NCBI GenBank assembly: GCA_014360685.1
Contig: JACIXB010000006.1
Span: 31,078-95,077, forward strand
Direction: 5' to 3'
From: Actinomycetota bacterium
Lineage (GTDB): Bacteria > Actinomycetota > Geothermincolia > Geothermincolales > RBG-13-55-18
DNA length: 64,000 bases
Position 1 is the first letter of the stretch. The number at the start of each line of letters is the position of its first letter. Both the position numbers and the translations under genes were made by a program. The notes beneath the pieces are model-generated. The model made no database searches and had not been told where the DNA came from. It was given only the letters and a program-made list of their open reading frames with translations. Below are positions 17,099 through 28,056 of this stretch, in pieces.

Positions 17099-19739
17099 GG
17101 GCTTCTTCCATCCTCCGCCTCATCTCTTCACCCACCGCGCGCAGGGCCTCCTCCGTCCTCTCCGTCCGCGAACCTCCTCCCACGGCCATGTCCGGGCGGC
17201 CTCCTCCTCCACCTCCCAGTAGGGAGGCGCCCTTCCTCACCAGTTCCACGGCGCTCAAGCCCGCCTCCACCAGTTCCCTGGAGAGGTTGACCACCAGGCC
17301 CACCTTGTCTCCCCTCACCGAGGCTATGGCCACCGCCGCCGCGCCGCGGCGGGACAAGGTCCTCTCCGCCAGCTCCCTCAGCCCCTGGGCATCCAGCCCG
17401 GGGATCTCCGCCCAGAGGAAGCTTTTTCCGTTGACCTCCTCCTCCCGCCAGGATCCGCTCCCCTCCGCCAGGGAAGCCACCTCCTCCCTATCCCTCATCC
17501 TGAGCTCGTTTTCCAGCTCCCGCAGCCGATCCTTCAGGCGTTCCACCCTCTCCGGCAACCTTTCCGCTTCCACCCGCAGCGAGGAGGCCGCCTCCTCCAG
17601 TGTATCCCGACTCCGGCGGAAGAAGCGGTAAGCCTCGGTGCCCGTGACCGCCTCGATGCGCCGCATGTTGGCCCCGATACCCCCTTCACTGATCACCACC
17701 AGGAGGCCGATCTCCCCCGTCCTGGCCACGTGGGTACCGCCGCACAGTTCCCGGCTCAAATCGTCCACCTCGACCACCCGCACGTATTCCCCGTACTTCT
17801 CGCCGAAGAGGGCCACGGCGTCGATGCTCACCGCGTAATCGTAGGTGGTGATATAGGCGCGCACGGGATAGTCCTCGATGATAATGCGGTTGGCCATCTC
17901 CTCCACGCATCGCAGTTCCTCTCGGGTCAGGGGGGCATAATGGGTGAAATCGAAGCGCAACCGTTGGGGCTCGACCAGAGAACCGGCCTGTTTGGCGTGT
18001 TCCCCCAGGACCTGGCGCAGCGCGTAGTGCAGGATGTGGGTGGCGGTGTGGTTACGGCGGACGGCCAGCCGCCACTCCCTGTCCACCTCCGCCTCCACCT
18101 CCTGTCCCACGGAGAAGGTACCCCTCCTTATTTTCACCCGGTGGGAGGTCAGGCTCTGGGCGGGATGGTAGGTGTCCAGCACCTCCGCCTCCCCGGAGGG
18201 AGAACGGATGGTTCCCCGGTCCCCCACCTGGCCTCCCTTCTCGCCGTAGAAGGGGGTCCGGTCGAGGAAGAATTCCACCTCTTCCCCCTCGGACGCCTCC
18301 GCCGCGGCCCTGCCTTCCTTGACCACCGCCACCAGACGGGCCCTATCCGTGAGGGTCTCGTACCCGGTGAAGTGGGTCTCACCGAAATTGTCCAGAACCT
18401 CGCCGTATATCTCCCGCACCTGGGAGGCGTATCCCGCCTCCACCCTGGCCGCCCGCGCCCTCTCGCGCTGCTCCTCCATGAGGGCCTGGAAACCCTCCTC
18501 GTCCAGGGACAGGCCTTCTTCACGGGAAAGCTCCCGGGTGAGCTCCAGGGGGAAGCCCAAGGTGTCGTGGAGATGGAAGACCACCTCTCCCGGGAGGGTA
18601 TCCCCGCCTCTCTCCCGCAGTTCCTCCACCGCCCGCTGAAAATAGGCCAACCCGCTGCGCAGGGTCTGGGTGAACCTCTCCTCCTCGCTGCGCACTATGG
18701 AGGAGATGAAGACGCGGTTCTTGGCCAGCTCCGGGTAGGCGTCTCCCATGGTCTCCACCACCACGTCCACCAGTTCGGGGAGGAAGATGCGCTCGATACC
18801 CAGCAGCCTGCCGTGACGCACGGCCCGCCGGATGAGGCGGCGCAGGATGTAACCCCGGTCCTCGTTGGAGGGGAGTATGCCGTCCCCTACCATGAAGGTG
18901 AAGGCCCGGGAATGATCGGCCACGATCTTCAGGGACACGTCGCTCCTCTCCTCCGCACCGTACTTGACCCCGGAAAGGGAGGACACCGCCTGGAGCACGG
19001 CGGCCAGGCTGTCCGTTTCGAAGTTATTGGTCACCCCCTGGAGCACGGAAGCCAGCCTCTCCAGGCCCAGCCCGGTATCGATGTTCTTGGAGGGTAGGGG
19101 GTGCAATTCACCCTTCTCATCCCTCTCGAACTGCATGAAGACCAGGTTCCACAGCTCCAGGTAGCGGTCGCAGTCGCACCCCACCCGGCAATCCGGTTTC
19201 CCGCACCCGAACTCCTCGCCCAAGTCGTAGATGATCTCCGAACAGGGACCGCAGGGTCCCGTGGTGCCCATGTCCCAGAAGTTGTCCTCCTCCCCCAGGC
19301 GAACCAGGCGCTCCTCGGGGATTCCCACCACGTCCCGCCATATCTCGTAGGCCTCGTCGTCCTCGCGAAAGACGGAGCAATACATACGCCCGGGGTCGAG
19401 CCCCATCTCCCCCACCAGGAATCCCCATGCCCAGGGGATGGCCTCGCGCTTGTAATAATCCCCGAAGCTGAAGTTCCCCAGCATCTCGAAAAAAGTGAGG
19501 TGTCGGGCCGTGTGGCCCACCTTCTCGATATCCGTGGTGCGCACGCATTTCTGGCAGGTGGTAGCCCGGGTGAACTCCGGTTTTTCCAGCCCCAGGAAGT
19601 AGGGCTTGAACTGCACCATGCCCGCGTTGGTTAGCAGGAGGGTGGGGTCATCGGGGATGAGGGAAGAGCTTTTCACCACCCGGTGACCCCTCTCCCGGAA
19701 GTATTCCAGAAACCTTTTCCTTATCTCCCCGCTGTTCAA
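17091..19739 (-). CDS. alaS: Alanine--tRNA ligase
   Basis: 882 aa. Class-II core, editing-domain HTATHILHYAL, C-terminal DHHA1-type GGGGGRPDMA. TTG start preceded by a GGGAGG SD. Confidence 0.95.
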   Translation of the reverse strand: MNSGEIRKRFLEYFRERGHRVVKSSSLIPDDPTLLLTNAGMVQFKPYFLGLEKPEFTRATTCQKCVRTTDIEKVGHTARHLTFFEMLGNFSFGDYYKREAIPWAWGFLVGEMGLDPGRMYCSVFREDDEAYEIWRDVVGIPEERLVRLGEEDNFWDMGTTGPCGPCSEIIYDLGEEFGCGKPDCRVGCDCDRYLELWNLVFMQFERDEKGELHPLPSKNIDTGLGLERLASVLQGVTNNFETDSLAAVLQAVSSLSGVKYGAEERSDVSLKIVADHSRAFTFMVGDGILPSNEDRGYILRRLIRRAVRHGRLLGIERIFLPELVDVVVETMGDAYPELAKNRVFISSIVRSEEERFTQTLRSGLAYFQRAVEELRERGGDTLPGEVVFHLHDTLGFPLELTRELSREEGLSLDEEGFQALMEEQRERARAARVEAGYASQVREIYGEVLDNFGETHFTGYETLTDRARLVAVVKEGRAAAEASEGEEVEFFLDRTPFYGEKGGQVGDRGTIRSPSGEAEVLDTYHPAQSLTSHRVKIRRGTFSVGQEVEAEVDREWRLAVRRNHTATHILHYALRQVLGEHAKQAGSLVEPQRLRFDFTHYAPLTREELRCVEEMANRIIIEDYPVRAYITTYDYAVSIDAVALFGEKYGEYVRVVEVDDLSRELCGGTHVARTGEIGLLVVISEGGIGANMRRIEAVTGTEAYRFFRRSRDTLEEAASSLRVEAERLPERVERLKDRLRELENELRMRDREEVASLAEGSGSWREEEVNGKSFLWAEIPGLDAQGLRELAERTLSRRGAAAVAIASVRGDKVGLVVNLSRELVEAGLSAVELVRKGASLLGGGGGGRPDMAVGGGSRTERTEEALRAVGEEMRRRMEEAHA

Positions 19740-20048
19740 GTTTTCCTCCCTTTCGGCTCGCCCTCCCTTGCCGGGCCCTTGCTATCGGGGCTACAGTCCC
19801 GCCCCGGCCCCCAATGGACACCTCCCCGTCCCGTATCCTTTGGGCTGGGCCGGAAACGGGCCATGACGGGCTTATTTTATCCGATAGCGGTCTTCGACCT
19901 GAACCCGAAATATCCCTGGGATCGCCCTCCGGGTGATGTCACGCGAAGTCCGGCGAATGGCGCTCCTCCCCTTGGGGAAGGCGCCGGTTGATTCAAAAGT
20001 CCGGGTAAGCCTATCCCTGGAAGCCTCCGGGATATGGAAAGTCCGGGC

Positions 20049-20432
20049 TCAGCTCTCCACGGATCCCTCTCGCTCCCCCGGGCTCTCAGCCCGCGTGCGT
20101 TTACCGAGGGCTTTCCGGGCTCCGATCCCCAGGCTCAGGAAGCGGACCAAGGGCGAGGTGACCAACTGCTGGGCGGCACTGGTCATGGAGTCCAGCCTGG
20201 AGGCCAGTGACCCCACGGTCTCCAGGACCCCGTCCACGTATTCCATCTCCCGGTTGACGTGGTCCATGGTGGTCTGCAACTTCCCCAGAAGGGGCAGGGT
20301 TTCCCGCCGGATGTCGTCAAGGATGCGGCTGGTGACGGCCATGGTCCGGGAGAGCTTCCAGGCCACCGCGGCCAAGGATAACATGAAGAGGGCGAATGAC
20401 GCGGCACAAATGAGGGCGGCTACTCCACCCAA
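20049..20432 (-). CDS. DUF948-like membrane-anchored coiled-coil protein
   Basis: 127 aa. An N-terminal TM is followed by a helical segment typical of DUF948 proteins, which are often found near alaS in Gram-positives. Confidence 0.55.
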   Translation of the reverse strand: MGGVAALICAASFALFMLSLAAVAWKLSRTMAVTSRILDDIRRETLPLLGKLQTTMDHVNREMEYVDGVLETVGSLASRLDSMTSAAQQLVTSPLVRFLSLGIGARKALGKRTRAESPGEREGSVES

Positions 20433-20444
20433 GGGAGATCCTCC

Positions 20445-20834
20445 TCAGTCCTCACCCACACGTCCCTCACGTCGGGAGAGATAGTCCATAATGGCGGCCT
20501 TGATGCCATCCGCCGCCAGGTTCGAGCAGTGCATCTTTTCCGGCGGAAGTCCCCCCAGGGCCTCTGCCACCTGCTCGTCGGTTATGCGCAGGGCCTCCTC
20601 GACGGTCTTTCCCTTGACCATCTCCGTGCCCATGCTTCCGGAGGCCACCGCCGCCCCGCAGCCGAAGGTCTTGTACTTGACGTCCACCAGGCGGCCGCCC
20701 TCCACCTTTATGTAGACTTCCATCATGTCCCCGCAGACCTCGCTGCCAACTTTTCCCATCCCATCATAATCGGGTATGGAGCCCACGTTGCGGGGGTTCT
20801 GGAAATGCTCGATAACCTTGTCGCTGTACATCAT
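20445..20834 (-). CDS. iscU: Fe-S cluster assembly scaffold IscU/NifU-like
   Basis: 129 aa. Conserved VCGD, FGCGAAVAS and HCSNLA cysteine motifs. Confidence 0.85.
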   Translation of the reverse strand: MMYSDKVIEHFQNPRNVGSIPDYDGMGKVGSEVCGDMMEVYIKVEGGRLVDVKYKTFGCGAAVASGSMGTEMVKGKTVEEALRITDEQVAEALGGLPPEKMHCSNLAADGIKAAIMDYLSRREGRVGED

Positions 20835-20916
20835 CCCGCTCCTGTTCCCTGCTCCGGGCTTTTCGAGGATAGCACCCGCTCATTCGGGGTGTCAACGAAA
20901 AGGCGCGCGGGCCTTC

Positions 20917-22425
20917 TCAACCCTCCCCGGGACATCGGTTGCCCCCCTCTCTCCCCCGATCTTCCCTCCCTAGAACTCCCGCCCCCTTCCTCTTCATCCA
21001 TTGCTCCACCAGGCATGCCTCCTCGCCGCGGGCTCCCGGACGGTAGAACTCCCTGCCTTCCATTCCCTCGGGGAGATAGGACTGCTCCACGTAGCCCCCG
21101 GGGTAACGGTGCGGGTAAAGGTAGCCCTTGCCGTGCCCCAGCGAGGGGGCCGCCGCATAATGGGTATCCCTCAGGTGGGGAGGCACCGGTGGGGTCGCCC
21201 CCTCGGCCACTTCCCGGTCGGCGGCGGTTATGGCTCGCAGCGCCGAGTTGCTTTTGGGTGCCAGGGAAAGGTAGAGGGCGGCATGGGCCAGGTTTAGGCG
21301 GCATTCCGGCAGGCCCACGAACTCCACCGCCTGCGCGGCGGCTGTGGCCACCTGCAGCGCCCCGCTGTCCGCCAATCCCACGTCCTCGGAGGCGAAGATG
21401 ATCATGCGCCGGGCGATGAAACGCGGGTCCTCGCCGGCCTGGAGCATGCGGGCCAGCCAGTACACGGCGGCGTGGGGATCGGAACCGCGCAGGGATTTGA
21501 TGAACGCGGAGATGGTATCGTAGTGGGCGTCTCCCCACTTGTCGTAGAGCAGTGCCTTGCGCTGCGCCGCCTCCTCCGCGGCTCGCAGGTCCACGTACCT
21601 CCGTCCCTCCCGCTCCCTGGAGAGGAGGGCGGCGGCCTCCAGGGTGTTCAAAGCCACCCTGGCGTCTCCCCCCGAGAGGCGTACGATATGGCTCAGGGCC
21701 TCCTCCTCCACCTCCAGGCCCAGCGATCCCAGCCCCCTCTCCCGGTCCTCCAGGGCTCTTTCCAGGATTTTCCTTATCTCCTCCTCGCCCAAGGGACGGA
21801 GGCGGAAGATCTTGCTCCTGGAGACCAGGGCCGAGTTGACCTCGAAATAGGGGTTCTCCGTGGTGGCACCGATGAGGACTATCGTGCCGTCCTCCACGGC
21901 GGGGAGCAACGCATCCTGCTGCGCCTTGTTGAAGCGGTGGATCTCGTCGATGAAGATGATGGTACGCTGACCGCGCATGGCCCTGCGGTCCTCGGCTTCC
22001 CGTATGAGCCTGCGCACCTCGGACACCCCGCTCTCCACCGCGGATATCTGTTGAAAATGGGCCCGGGTCACGCGGGCGATGACGGAAGCCAGGGTGGTCT
22101 TGCCCGAGCCGGGCGGTCCCCAGAAGATGGCCGTCTGCAGTTGGTCCTCCTGGATGGCGCGGCGGAGGTAGGTACCTTCCCCCACCACTTCATCCTGGCC
22201 CACGAACTCCTCCAGGGTGCGCGGACGCATACGCAGCGCCAGCGGCGCCTCGGTCTCTCTCATTTTCTCCCTGGCCGCCTCGAAGAGGTCCAATCCGCCA
22301 CCTCCGCCCATCCGCGAACTCAAGCCCATCATATTCCCCCGCAGGGACAGCGCGCCGCGGCGTCCTACCCGCAAATAGGAATCGGACCCCACCTTGCCGT
22401 CCGCGCCGCTATCTTGAACCTGCAC
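20917..22425 (-). CDS. rarA: Replication-associated recombination protein A (AAA+ ATPase)
   Basis: [17 protein letters not shown], Walker [10 protein letters not shown], MgsA C-terminal domain. The true start is probably internal (ATG at 22332/22329 or 22311). Confidence 0.9.
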   Translation of the reverse strand: MQVQDSGADGKVGSDSYLRVGRRGALSLRGNMMGLSSRMGGGGGLDLFEAAREKMRETEAPLALRMRPRTLEEFVGQDEVVGEGTYLRRAIQEDQLQTAIFWGPPGSGKTTLASVIARVTRAHFQQISAVESGVSEVRRLIREAEDRRAMRGQRTIIFIDEIHRFNKAQQDALLPAVEDGTIVLIGATTENPYFEVNSALVSRSKIFRLRPLGEEEIRKILERALEDRERGLGSLGLEVEEEALSHIVRLSGGDARVALNTLEAAALLSREREGRRYVDLRAAEEAAQRKALLYDKWGDAHYDTISAFIKSLRGSDPHAAVYWLARMLQAGEDPRFIARRMIIFASEDVGLADSGALQVATAAAQAVEFVGLPECRLNLAHAALYLSLAPKSNSALRAITAADREVAEGATPPVPPHLRDTHYAAAPSLGHGKGYLYPHRYPGGYVEQSYLPEGMEGREFYRPGARGEEACLVEQWMKRKGAGVLGREDRGREGGNRCPGEG

Positions 22426-22682
22426 CCACGCAGGTGGGCACCTACCGCGGGCCTCCGTAGTCCCCCACCCGGGTTGGGGGCATTACGTCCGCCGGCGGAA
22501 AGCGGTTCCCTTTATCGAAGTGTTGGCTCAACGATAATCCACGGCGCACAACGCACAAGGTCGAGCCCGATAACCGCCTTTTAAATTCTATCATATCGAC
22601 CGGGGTCCGGCGTAGAGGACCGTTCACCCCCTTGGTTGACGGTCCCCTGGAAAAGGGGTGGAAAGTACGCGTGGGTACAGCC

Positions 22683-23570
22683 CTAACCGGAGGCCAACAG
22701 CAGGCGTACCTCCTCCAGCCTTTCCCGCGGCGTGGAAGCTCCCCCTACCACCGCCACCCGTGAGACTCCCTCGAGGAGGGAGGTATCCAGTTCTCCCGCC
22801 GTCTCCACCTTCACGGTACGGGCGCCCGCCGTCTCGCATATCCGGCGCAGGAACTCGGTGTTGGAACTGTTTCTTCCTCCCACCACCACCACCAGGTCAT
22901 GGGAAAGAGCCAGCTGCAGGGCCTCCGCCTGGCGGGCCAGGGTGTTGCGGCACAGGGTGTTGATGAGTTTCATCTCGCTGACCTCCCGGATCATCTCCGG
23001 GACCTCGTTTATCAACCCTTCCACCAGGCTGCGGAAGGTGAGGAGGTCCACGGTGGTCTGGGCGATGATCCCGATCTTCCTGATCATGCGGGTCTGACCC
23101 TCCCACCATTCCTTGAGTTCTCGCGTCTCCTTTATCACCACCGCGTCCCGGTTCACGTGCCCCAGGATGGCCTGCACCTCGGGATGTTCCCGGTTCCCGA
23201 CGATGAACAGGTGGTAACCCTCTCCCACCAGGCGCATGGCCGCTTTCTGGGCCTTCTTCACCGTGGGGCAGGTGGCGTCAACCGTTTCCGCGCCCATGTC
23301 CACCAACCTCTGCGCCAAGTGCGGCGGGATACCGTGGGACCTGATGATCACCCGCGAACCGGCCAACCCGGCGGCTTCCCATTCCTCGGGGTCCTCGGGA
23401 AGTATGCGCAGGCCTCTCCTCTCCAACTCCTCCACCGCCTGGGGATTGTGAATGATGGGACCCAGGGAAAAAGCCGGCCTTTGCGGGTCGCCCAGGACCT
23501 CTTCGGCCATGCGCATAGCCCTTCTCACCCCGGGGCAGAAACCAGCGTACCTGGCCAATGTGATCTCCAT
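22683..23570 (-). CDS. ispH: 4-hydroxy-3-methylbut-2-enyl diphosphate reductase
   Basis: MEITLARYAGFCPGVRRA LytB N-terminus. The ATG at 23570 follows a GGGAGGGG SD. The maximal ORF starts at 23588. Confidence 0.9.
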   Translation of the reverse strand: MEITLARYAGFCPGVRRAMRMAEEVLGDPQRPAFSLGPIIHNPQAVEELERRGLRILPEDPEEWEAAGLAGSRVIIRSHGIPPHLAQRLVDMGAETVDATCPTVKKAQKAAMRLVGEGYHLFIVGNREHPEVQAILGHVNRDAVVIKETRELKEWWEGQTRMIRKIGIIAQTTVDLLTFRSLVEGLINEVPEMIREVSEMKLINTLCRNTLARQAEALQLALSHDLVVVVGGRNSSNTEFLRRICETAGARTVKVETAGELDTSLLEGVSRVAVVGGASTPRERLEEVRLLLASG

Positions 23571-23612
23571 GGCCCCTCCCTCGCCCACGCCCTTCCCACG
23601 GGCGTCCGTTTC

Positions 23613-25391
23613 TCAGATCGGCCTCAGTCGCAGCTCCCTTAATTGCTGGGGGTATATGATGTCCGGGGCCCCGGTCAGGGGATCGGAACCGGACTGGGTC
23701 TTGGGGAAGGCGATGACCTCACGGATGGAATCCCTGCCGGCCATGATCATCACCAGCCGATCCAGGCCGAAGGCGATTCCCCCGTGAGGCGGTGGACCGT
23801 AGCGGAAGGCTTCCAGGAGAAAGCCGAACTTCTCCGCCGCCTCCTCATCGGACAGGCCCAGGATGGAGAAAATCCTCTTCTGCAACCCCGGGTCGTGGAT
23901 TCGTATGCTCCCCCCGCCCAGCTCCACTCCGTTGAGCACCAGGTCGTAGGAATCAGAGGTGGCCCCGAGCGGATCCTCCTCCAGGTTTTCCAGGCACCCC
24001 GGGCTGGGGGCGGTAAAGGGATGGTGGTTGCTCTTGTACCGTTTTTCCTCCTCGTCCCAATCGAAGAGGGGAAACTCGGTCACCCAGGTGAAGGAGAACC
24101 TTTCGCCGGAAGGCGGCGCGTAACGCGCCGCGCAGTAGGAGCGCAGCCCGGCGAGCACGGGATTCAGCTCTCCACCCCCGGCGGTAAGGAGCAGCACCTC
24201 TCCCTCCTCCAGGCCGGCGGTCGCCACAACCTGCTCCGTCTCCCGCGCGGAGAAGAATTTGGCCGCCGGGGACTTCAAGCCCTCACCCTCGCGCACCACC
24301 CACACCAGCCCGCCCGCGCCCAGGCGTCGCGCCTCGTCCACCAGCCCGTCCAGCTCGCGCCGCGCCGGGGAGCGCATGCCCGCCACCTTGAAGCCCCTCA
24401 CCCTGCCCCCGGCCTCCAGCGCGGAGCGGAAGACCTTGAACCCCGTTTCCCGGAAAAGGGCGGAGAAGTCCCGGATCTCCATGCCCCACCTCGGATCGGG
24501 GCGGTCGGTCCCGTATCGCTCCATGGCTTCCTTCCAGGTCAGGCGGGGAAAGGGGGTGGCGAGCTCCACTCCCAGCACGGATCGGAAGAGGTGGGCGAAC
24601 ATCTCGTCCACGAGGGACATCACGTCCTCGGGTTCCACGAAGGACATCTCCAGGTCGATCTGGGTGAACTCCGGTTGCCGGTCCGCCCGCAGATCCTCGT
24701 CCCGGAAACAGCGGGCTATCTGGAAGTAACGGTCGAAGCCGGCCACCATGAGCAGTTGCTTGAAGAGCTGAGGGGACTGGGGGAGGGCATAGAACTTGCC
24801 CGGTTGCAGCCGCGAGGGGACCACGAAGTCCCGTGCGCCCTCCGGGGTGCTCTTGGTGAGCATGGGGGTCTCGATTTCCAGGAATTTTCTGGAAATCAAA
24901 AAATCGCGCACCTCCTGGGTAACCCGGCTGCGCAGCACCAGCGCTTCCTGCATGTCGGGACGCCGGAGGTCAAGGTATCGATAGCGAAGGCGCAGCGTCT
25001 CATCCACCCCGCTTCCCGGTTCGATCTCGAAGGGCGGAGTGAGCGAGGAGTTGATGACCGTCACCGTCTCCGCCACGACCTCTACCTCCCCGGTGGCCAG
25101 ACGGGGGTTGACCGAATCCGCGGGGCGGGCGCGCACCATCCCCCGGCAGGAGAGCACGTATTCGGAGCGCACCTGGCGGGCGGCGGCGTGTGCCGTGGGG
25201 CTCACCTCCGGGTTGCAGACCACCTGCACCAGGCCGGTTATATCCCGCAGATCGAGGAAGATGACCCCCCCGTGATCCCTCCGGGTCTGCACCCACCCGT
25301 TGAGCACCACCTCCTTGCCCACGTCATCCATGCGCAGCGTGCCGCAGTAGCGGGTCCTTTTTTCCCACCGTATGTCCTTCTTATCCTCCAT
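23613..25391 (-). CDS. aspS: Aspartate--tRNA ligase
   Basis: 592 aa. OB-fold N-domain, class-II motifs (FRDEDLRADRQPEFTQID, GGGSIRIH) and the bacterial insertion domain. Confidence 0.95.
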   Translation of the reverse strand: MEDKKDIRWEKRTRYCGTLRMDDVGKEVVLNGWVQTRRDHGGVIFLDLRDITGLVQVVCNPEVSPTAHAAARQVRSEYVLSCRGMVRARPADSVNPRLATGEVEVVAETVTVINSSLTPPFEIEPGSGVDETLRLRYRYLDLRRPDMQEALVLRSRVTQEVRDFLISRKFLEIETPMLTKSTPEGARDFVVPSRLQPGKFYALPQSPQLFKQLLMVAGFDRYFQIARCFRDEDLRADRQPEFTQIDLEMSFVEPEDVMSLVDEMFAHLFRSVLGVELATPFPRLTWKEAMERYGTDRPDPRWGMEIRDFSALFRETGFKVFRSALEAGGRVRGFKVAGMRSPARRELDGLVDEARRLGAGGLVWVVREGEGLKSPAAKFFSARETEQVVATAGLEEGEVLLLTAGGGELNPVLAGLRSYCAARYAPPSGERFSFTWVTEFPLFDWDEEEKRYKSNHHPFTAPSPGCLENLEEDPLGATSDSYDLVLNGVELGGGSIRIHDPGLQKRIFSILGLSDEEAAEKFGFLLEAFRYGPPPHGGIAFGLDRLVMIMAGRDSIREVIAFPKTQSGSDPLTGAPDIIYPQQLRELRLRPI

Positions 25392-25571
25392 GCCTTCCTC
25401 TTCTCCGTCTCCTCCCCGGCACTTCCTCCAGCCCGTCCCCGGAATCCTCCACGGCCTGCACGCCTGGACAACCCGTCGTCCCTCGCCCCTTTCCGGAAAG
25501 CCTCCCGCCCTCGGCGCATCCCCGGGGCCTCAGCGGTGGATTGCACCGCCGCGCGCGCCTCGCCGCCCTTT

Positions 25572-26903
25572 TCAGCTTCCAGGCGTCTGCTTCCAGCGGG
25601 TCACCATCCAAGCCTCAAGCCTTCTTAACACCGCCTCCACTCGGCGTCCACCCTCCGCTTCCAGCCTCTCCTGGGTCCCCGTTTCCAGGTCGCGCAGGGT
25701 CAGGTATTCTCCCCGCAGCTCCTCCTCTCCCAGGATAATGCAGAAGCGGTAACCCTGGCGGTCGGCCTCCTTCATCTGGGCCTTGAGGCTCCTGTCCAGG
25801 TGGTCGAGGTCGCAGCGCAATCCCTCCGCCCGCAGGTGCCGGGCCATGAGGAAGGCCTGTTTGCGGGCCTCCTTACCCATGGCCACCAGGTAAATCCCCT
25901 CCCTGCCCCCTGGTGGAAAAGATGGCCCGGCGTTCATGACCCTTTCCAGGCCCACGGAGAACCCCACCGCGGGAACCGATTCCCCGCCCATTTCCTCCAC
26001 CAGCCGGTCGTACCTCCCGCCCGCGGCCAGGGCGTTCTGGCCGCCCAGCACGGGATCCTGGAACTCGAAGACCGTCCGGGTGTAGTAATCCAGTCCTCGT
26101 ACCAGCCTCTCCTCCCTGGAGAACTCCACTCCCGCGGCGCCCAGGAGCTCCTCTACCGCCTGGAGATGATGCCTGCAGGCCTCGCATAGATAATCCCCCA
26201 GGCCCGGAGCGCCGGCGATCACCCCCGCGCACTGCCTCTCCTTGCAATCCAGCACCCGGAGGATGTTGACCTCCATCCTGCGGCGGCAATCCGGACAGAG
26301 CTCTTCCGCTCGGCCATGGAGATAGGCGCGGAGGGCCTCCTCGTACGCCGGACGGCAGGAAGCGTCCCCCACGCTGTTCAGAACCAGGCGGGAGGCGATG
26401 CCCAGCGAGCGCAGGAACTCGCTGCACAGGAGGATCACCTCGGCATCCGCACTGGGATGGGACGAGCCCATGAGCTCCACCCCCAACTGGTGGAACTGCC
26501 TGTACCTTCCTTTCTGGGGCCGCTCGTGGCGGAACATGGGTCCGCAGTAATAAAGCTTGACCGGCATTCCCGCCTTGTCCAGCCGGTGCTGCACGAAGGC
26601 CCGGGCCACCCCGGCGGTGGCCTCCGGGCGTAGGGTCAGGCTCCGGCCTCCCTTGTCCAGGAAGGTGAACATCTCCTTGCGCACGATGTCCGTGCCCTCT
26701 CCCAGGCCCCGGGCGAAGACCTCGGTATATTCCATGACGGGGAGGATTATCTCCCGGTACCCGTAAACGTGGAAAAGCCGGTGCGCCAGGTCCAGTACCC
26801 TGCGCCACCTCTCGCTCTCCGGAGGGAGGATGTCCTGGGTTCCCTTGGGGGCCCTGAGATCCACCCCGACCTGGTCCCGCCGCCCTTGTCCTTTGCCGGA
26901 CAC
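25572..26903 (-). CDS. hisS: Histidine--tRNA ligase
   Basis: 443 aa. PKGTQDILP, class-II motifs (FRHERPQKGRYRQFHQ, GGGRYD). Confidence 0.95.
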   Translation of the reverse strand: MSGKGQGRRDQVGVDLRAPKGTQDILPPESERWRRVLDLAHRLFHVYGYREIILPVMEYTEVFARGLGEGTDIVRKEMFTFLDKGGRSLTLRPEATAGVARAFVQHRLDKAGMPVKLYYCGPMFRHERPQKGRYRQFHQLGVELMGSSHPSADAEVILLCSEFLRSLGIASRLVLNSVGDASCRPAYEEALRAYLHGRAEELCPDCRRRMEVNILRVLDCKERQCAGVIAGAPGLGDYLCEACRHHLQAVEELLGAAGVEFSREERLVRGLDYYTRTVFEFQDPVLGGQNALAAGGRYDRLVEEMGGESVPAVGFSVGLERVMNAGPSFPPGGREGIYLVAMGKEARKQAFLMARHLRAEGLRCDLDHLDRSLKAQMKEADRQGYRFCIILGEEELRGEYLTLRDLETGTQERLEAEGGRRVEAVLRRLEAWMVTRWKQTPGS

Positions 26904-26945
26904 CTTGTACCTCCCCTAAGTAAAGGCGGGAAATGCCGCCGGTCC

Positions 26946-27578
26946 TCAGCCCAGCCCCATGAGGAAGGGATTGTGAGCCTTCTCCTCCCCCAGGGTGGTG
27001 GCCGGGCCGTGACCCGGCAATATGCGGGTTTCGTCTGGAAGGCCCCATACCTTCTCCCTTACCGAGCGCAGCAGGGTCTGCAGCGAACCTCCCTTCAGAT
27101 CCGTGCGTCCGATGGAACCCTGGAAGATGAGGTCCCCGCAGAAGAGGTAGCCCGGAAGGTAAAAGCTCACCCCGCCCCGGGTATGCCCCGGGGTGTGCAA
27201 CACCTTGATGGCTAAATTTCCCACCTGGACGATGTCCCCGTCATCCACGTAACGCACCTGCCGGGGTCGGGTGGCCATAACCCCTCCCACCAGCCCCACC
27301 AACCTGGTACGCGGACTGGCCAGGGCTCCGGCGTCCGCCTCGTGGATATACACCGGGGCTCCCACGGCATCGCTGAGCGGTCCGGCGCCCGCCACGTGAT
27401 CCACGTGCCCGTGAGTGCAGAGGATGGCCACGCATTCCAGCTCGTCCTGGTGCAGGCGGGACACGATGGACTTGACTTCCCCGGCAGGGTCAATCACCGC
27501 GGCGGGCGAACGCACGTCCGGGGCCAGCAGGTAACAATTGGTGGCCAGCATGCCGATGGTCAAAGTCCTGAGATACAT
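26946..27578 (-). CDS. MBL-fold metallo-hydrolase (glyoxalase II-like)
   Basis: 210 aa. HGHVDH metal motif. Sits upstream of hisS, as Rv2581c does in M. tuberculosis. Confidence 0.8.
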   Translation of the reverse strand: MYLRTLTIGMLATNCYLLAPDVRSPAAVIDPAGEVKSIVSRLHQDELECVAILCTHGHVDHVAGAGPLSDAVGAPVYIHEADAGALASPRTRLVGLVGGVMATRPRQVRYVDDGDIVQVGNLAIKVLHTPGHTRGGVSFYLPGYLFCGDLIFQGSIGRTDLKGGSLQTLLRSVREKVWGLPDETRILPGHGPATTLGEEKAHNPFLMGLG

Positions 27579-28056
27579 CCGTCCTCCGTCAGAAATCGAT
27601 CTTCACGGGGAGGAGCCTCCCCGGCACAGGTCCTCCCCTCCCGTTTGCCCCGACCCTCCTTCCAACCTCCTCATTTATGCTTCCTCGACCACCCCATGGC
27701 CAGGAGCCTCCCCGGTCCGCCCCCACCGGCTCCCGCTTCCCGCGATCCGGTCAAGGGATTCTTTAAAGCCGGTCCATACATGATATCCCATGTTATCCCA
27801 AATAACTCAACCGTGGGCGGAAATTACCGTGAAAAACAGAAGGTGGGCCCGCTTTAACGGCCGGCCATCGCCCGGCGGGATCAGCCCCGTCTTTTCCCGG
27901 GATGGCTATAGGTGAGCGTGGCCAGGTACGGGCAAATTCCGCGTTCCCACAATGCCATACCCGCCGTTTGGAGGCGTCGTATCCCCGGCGCGCCCGGGCT
28001 TCCGGGCCCGGTACCCCTATCAAGCAGGGCACGGGTTCCGGGAATGGGTCGCGTAC

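Noticed and set aside
20036-20048. GGAAAGTCCGGGC, resembling the CR-I element of bacterial RNase P RNA, with a second AAAGTCCGGG at about 19996.
   Set aside because: An RNase P RNA starting here on the plus strand would run through the DUF948 CDS. No other conserved RNase P elements are visible. It is likely a chance match or part of a local hairpin.
19740-20048. Possible T-box leader in the 300-nt region upstream of alaS.
   Set aside because: No T-box consensus (GGTGGTACCGCG-like) appears on the coding strand. Only generic GC-rich hairpins are present.
23643-25628. Very long plus-strand ORFs antisense to real genes. Examples: 23643-25628 (661 aa), 55068-56900 (610 aa), 58234-60438 (734 aa), 28930-30696 (588 aa), 47597-49369 (590 aa), 17730-19097 and 2514-3692.
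   Set aside because: They are Arg/Gly/Pro/His-rich, contain no recognisable motifs and lie exactly opposite well-supported minus-strand genes. These are typical shadow ORFs of high-GC DNA.
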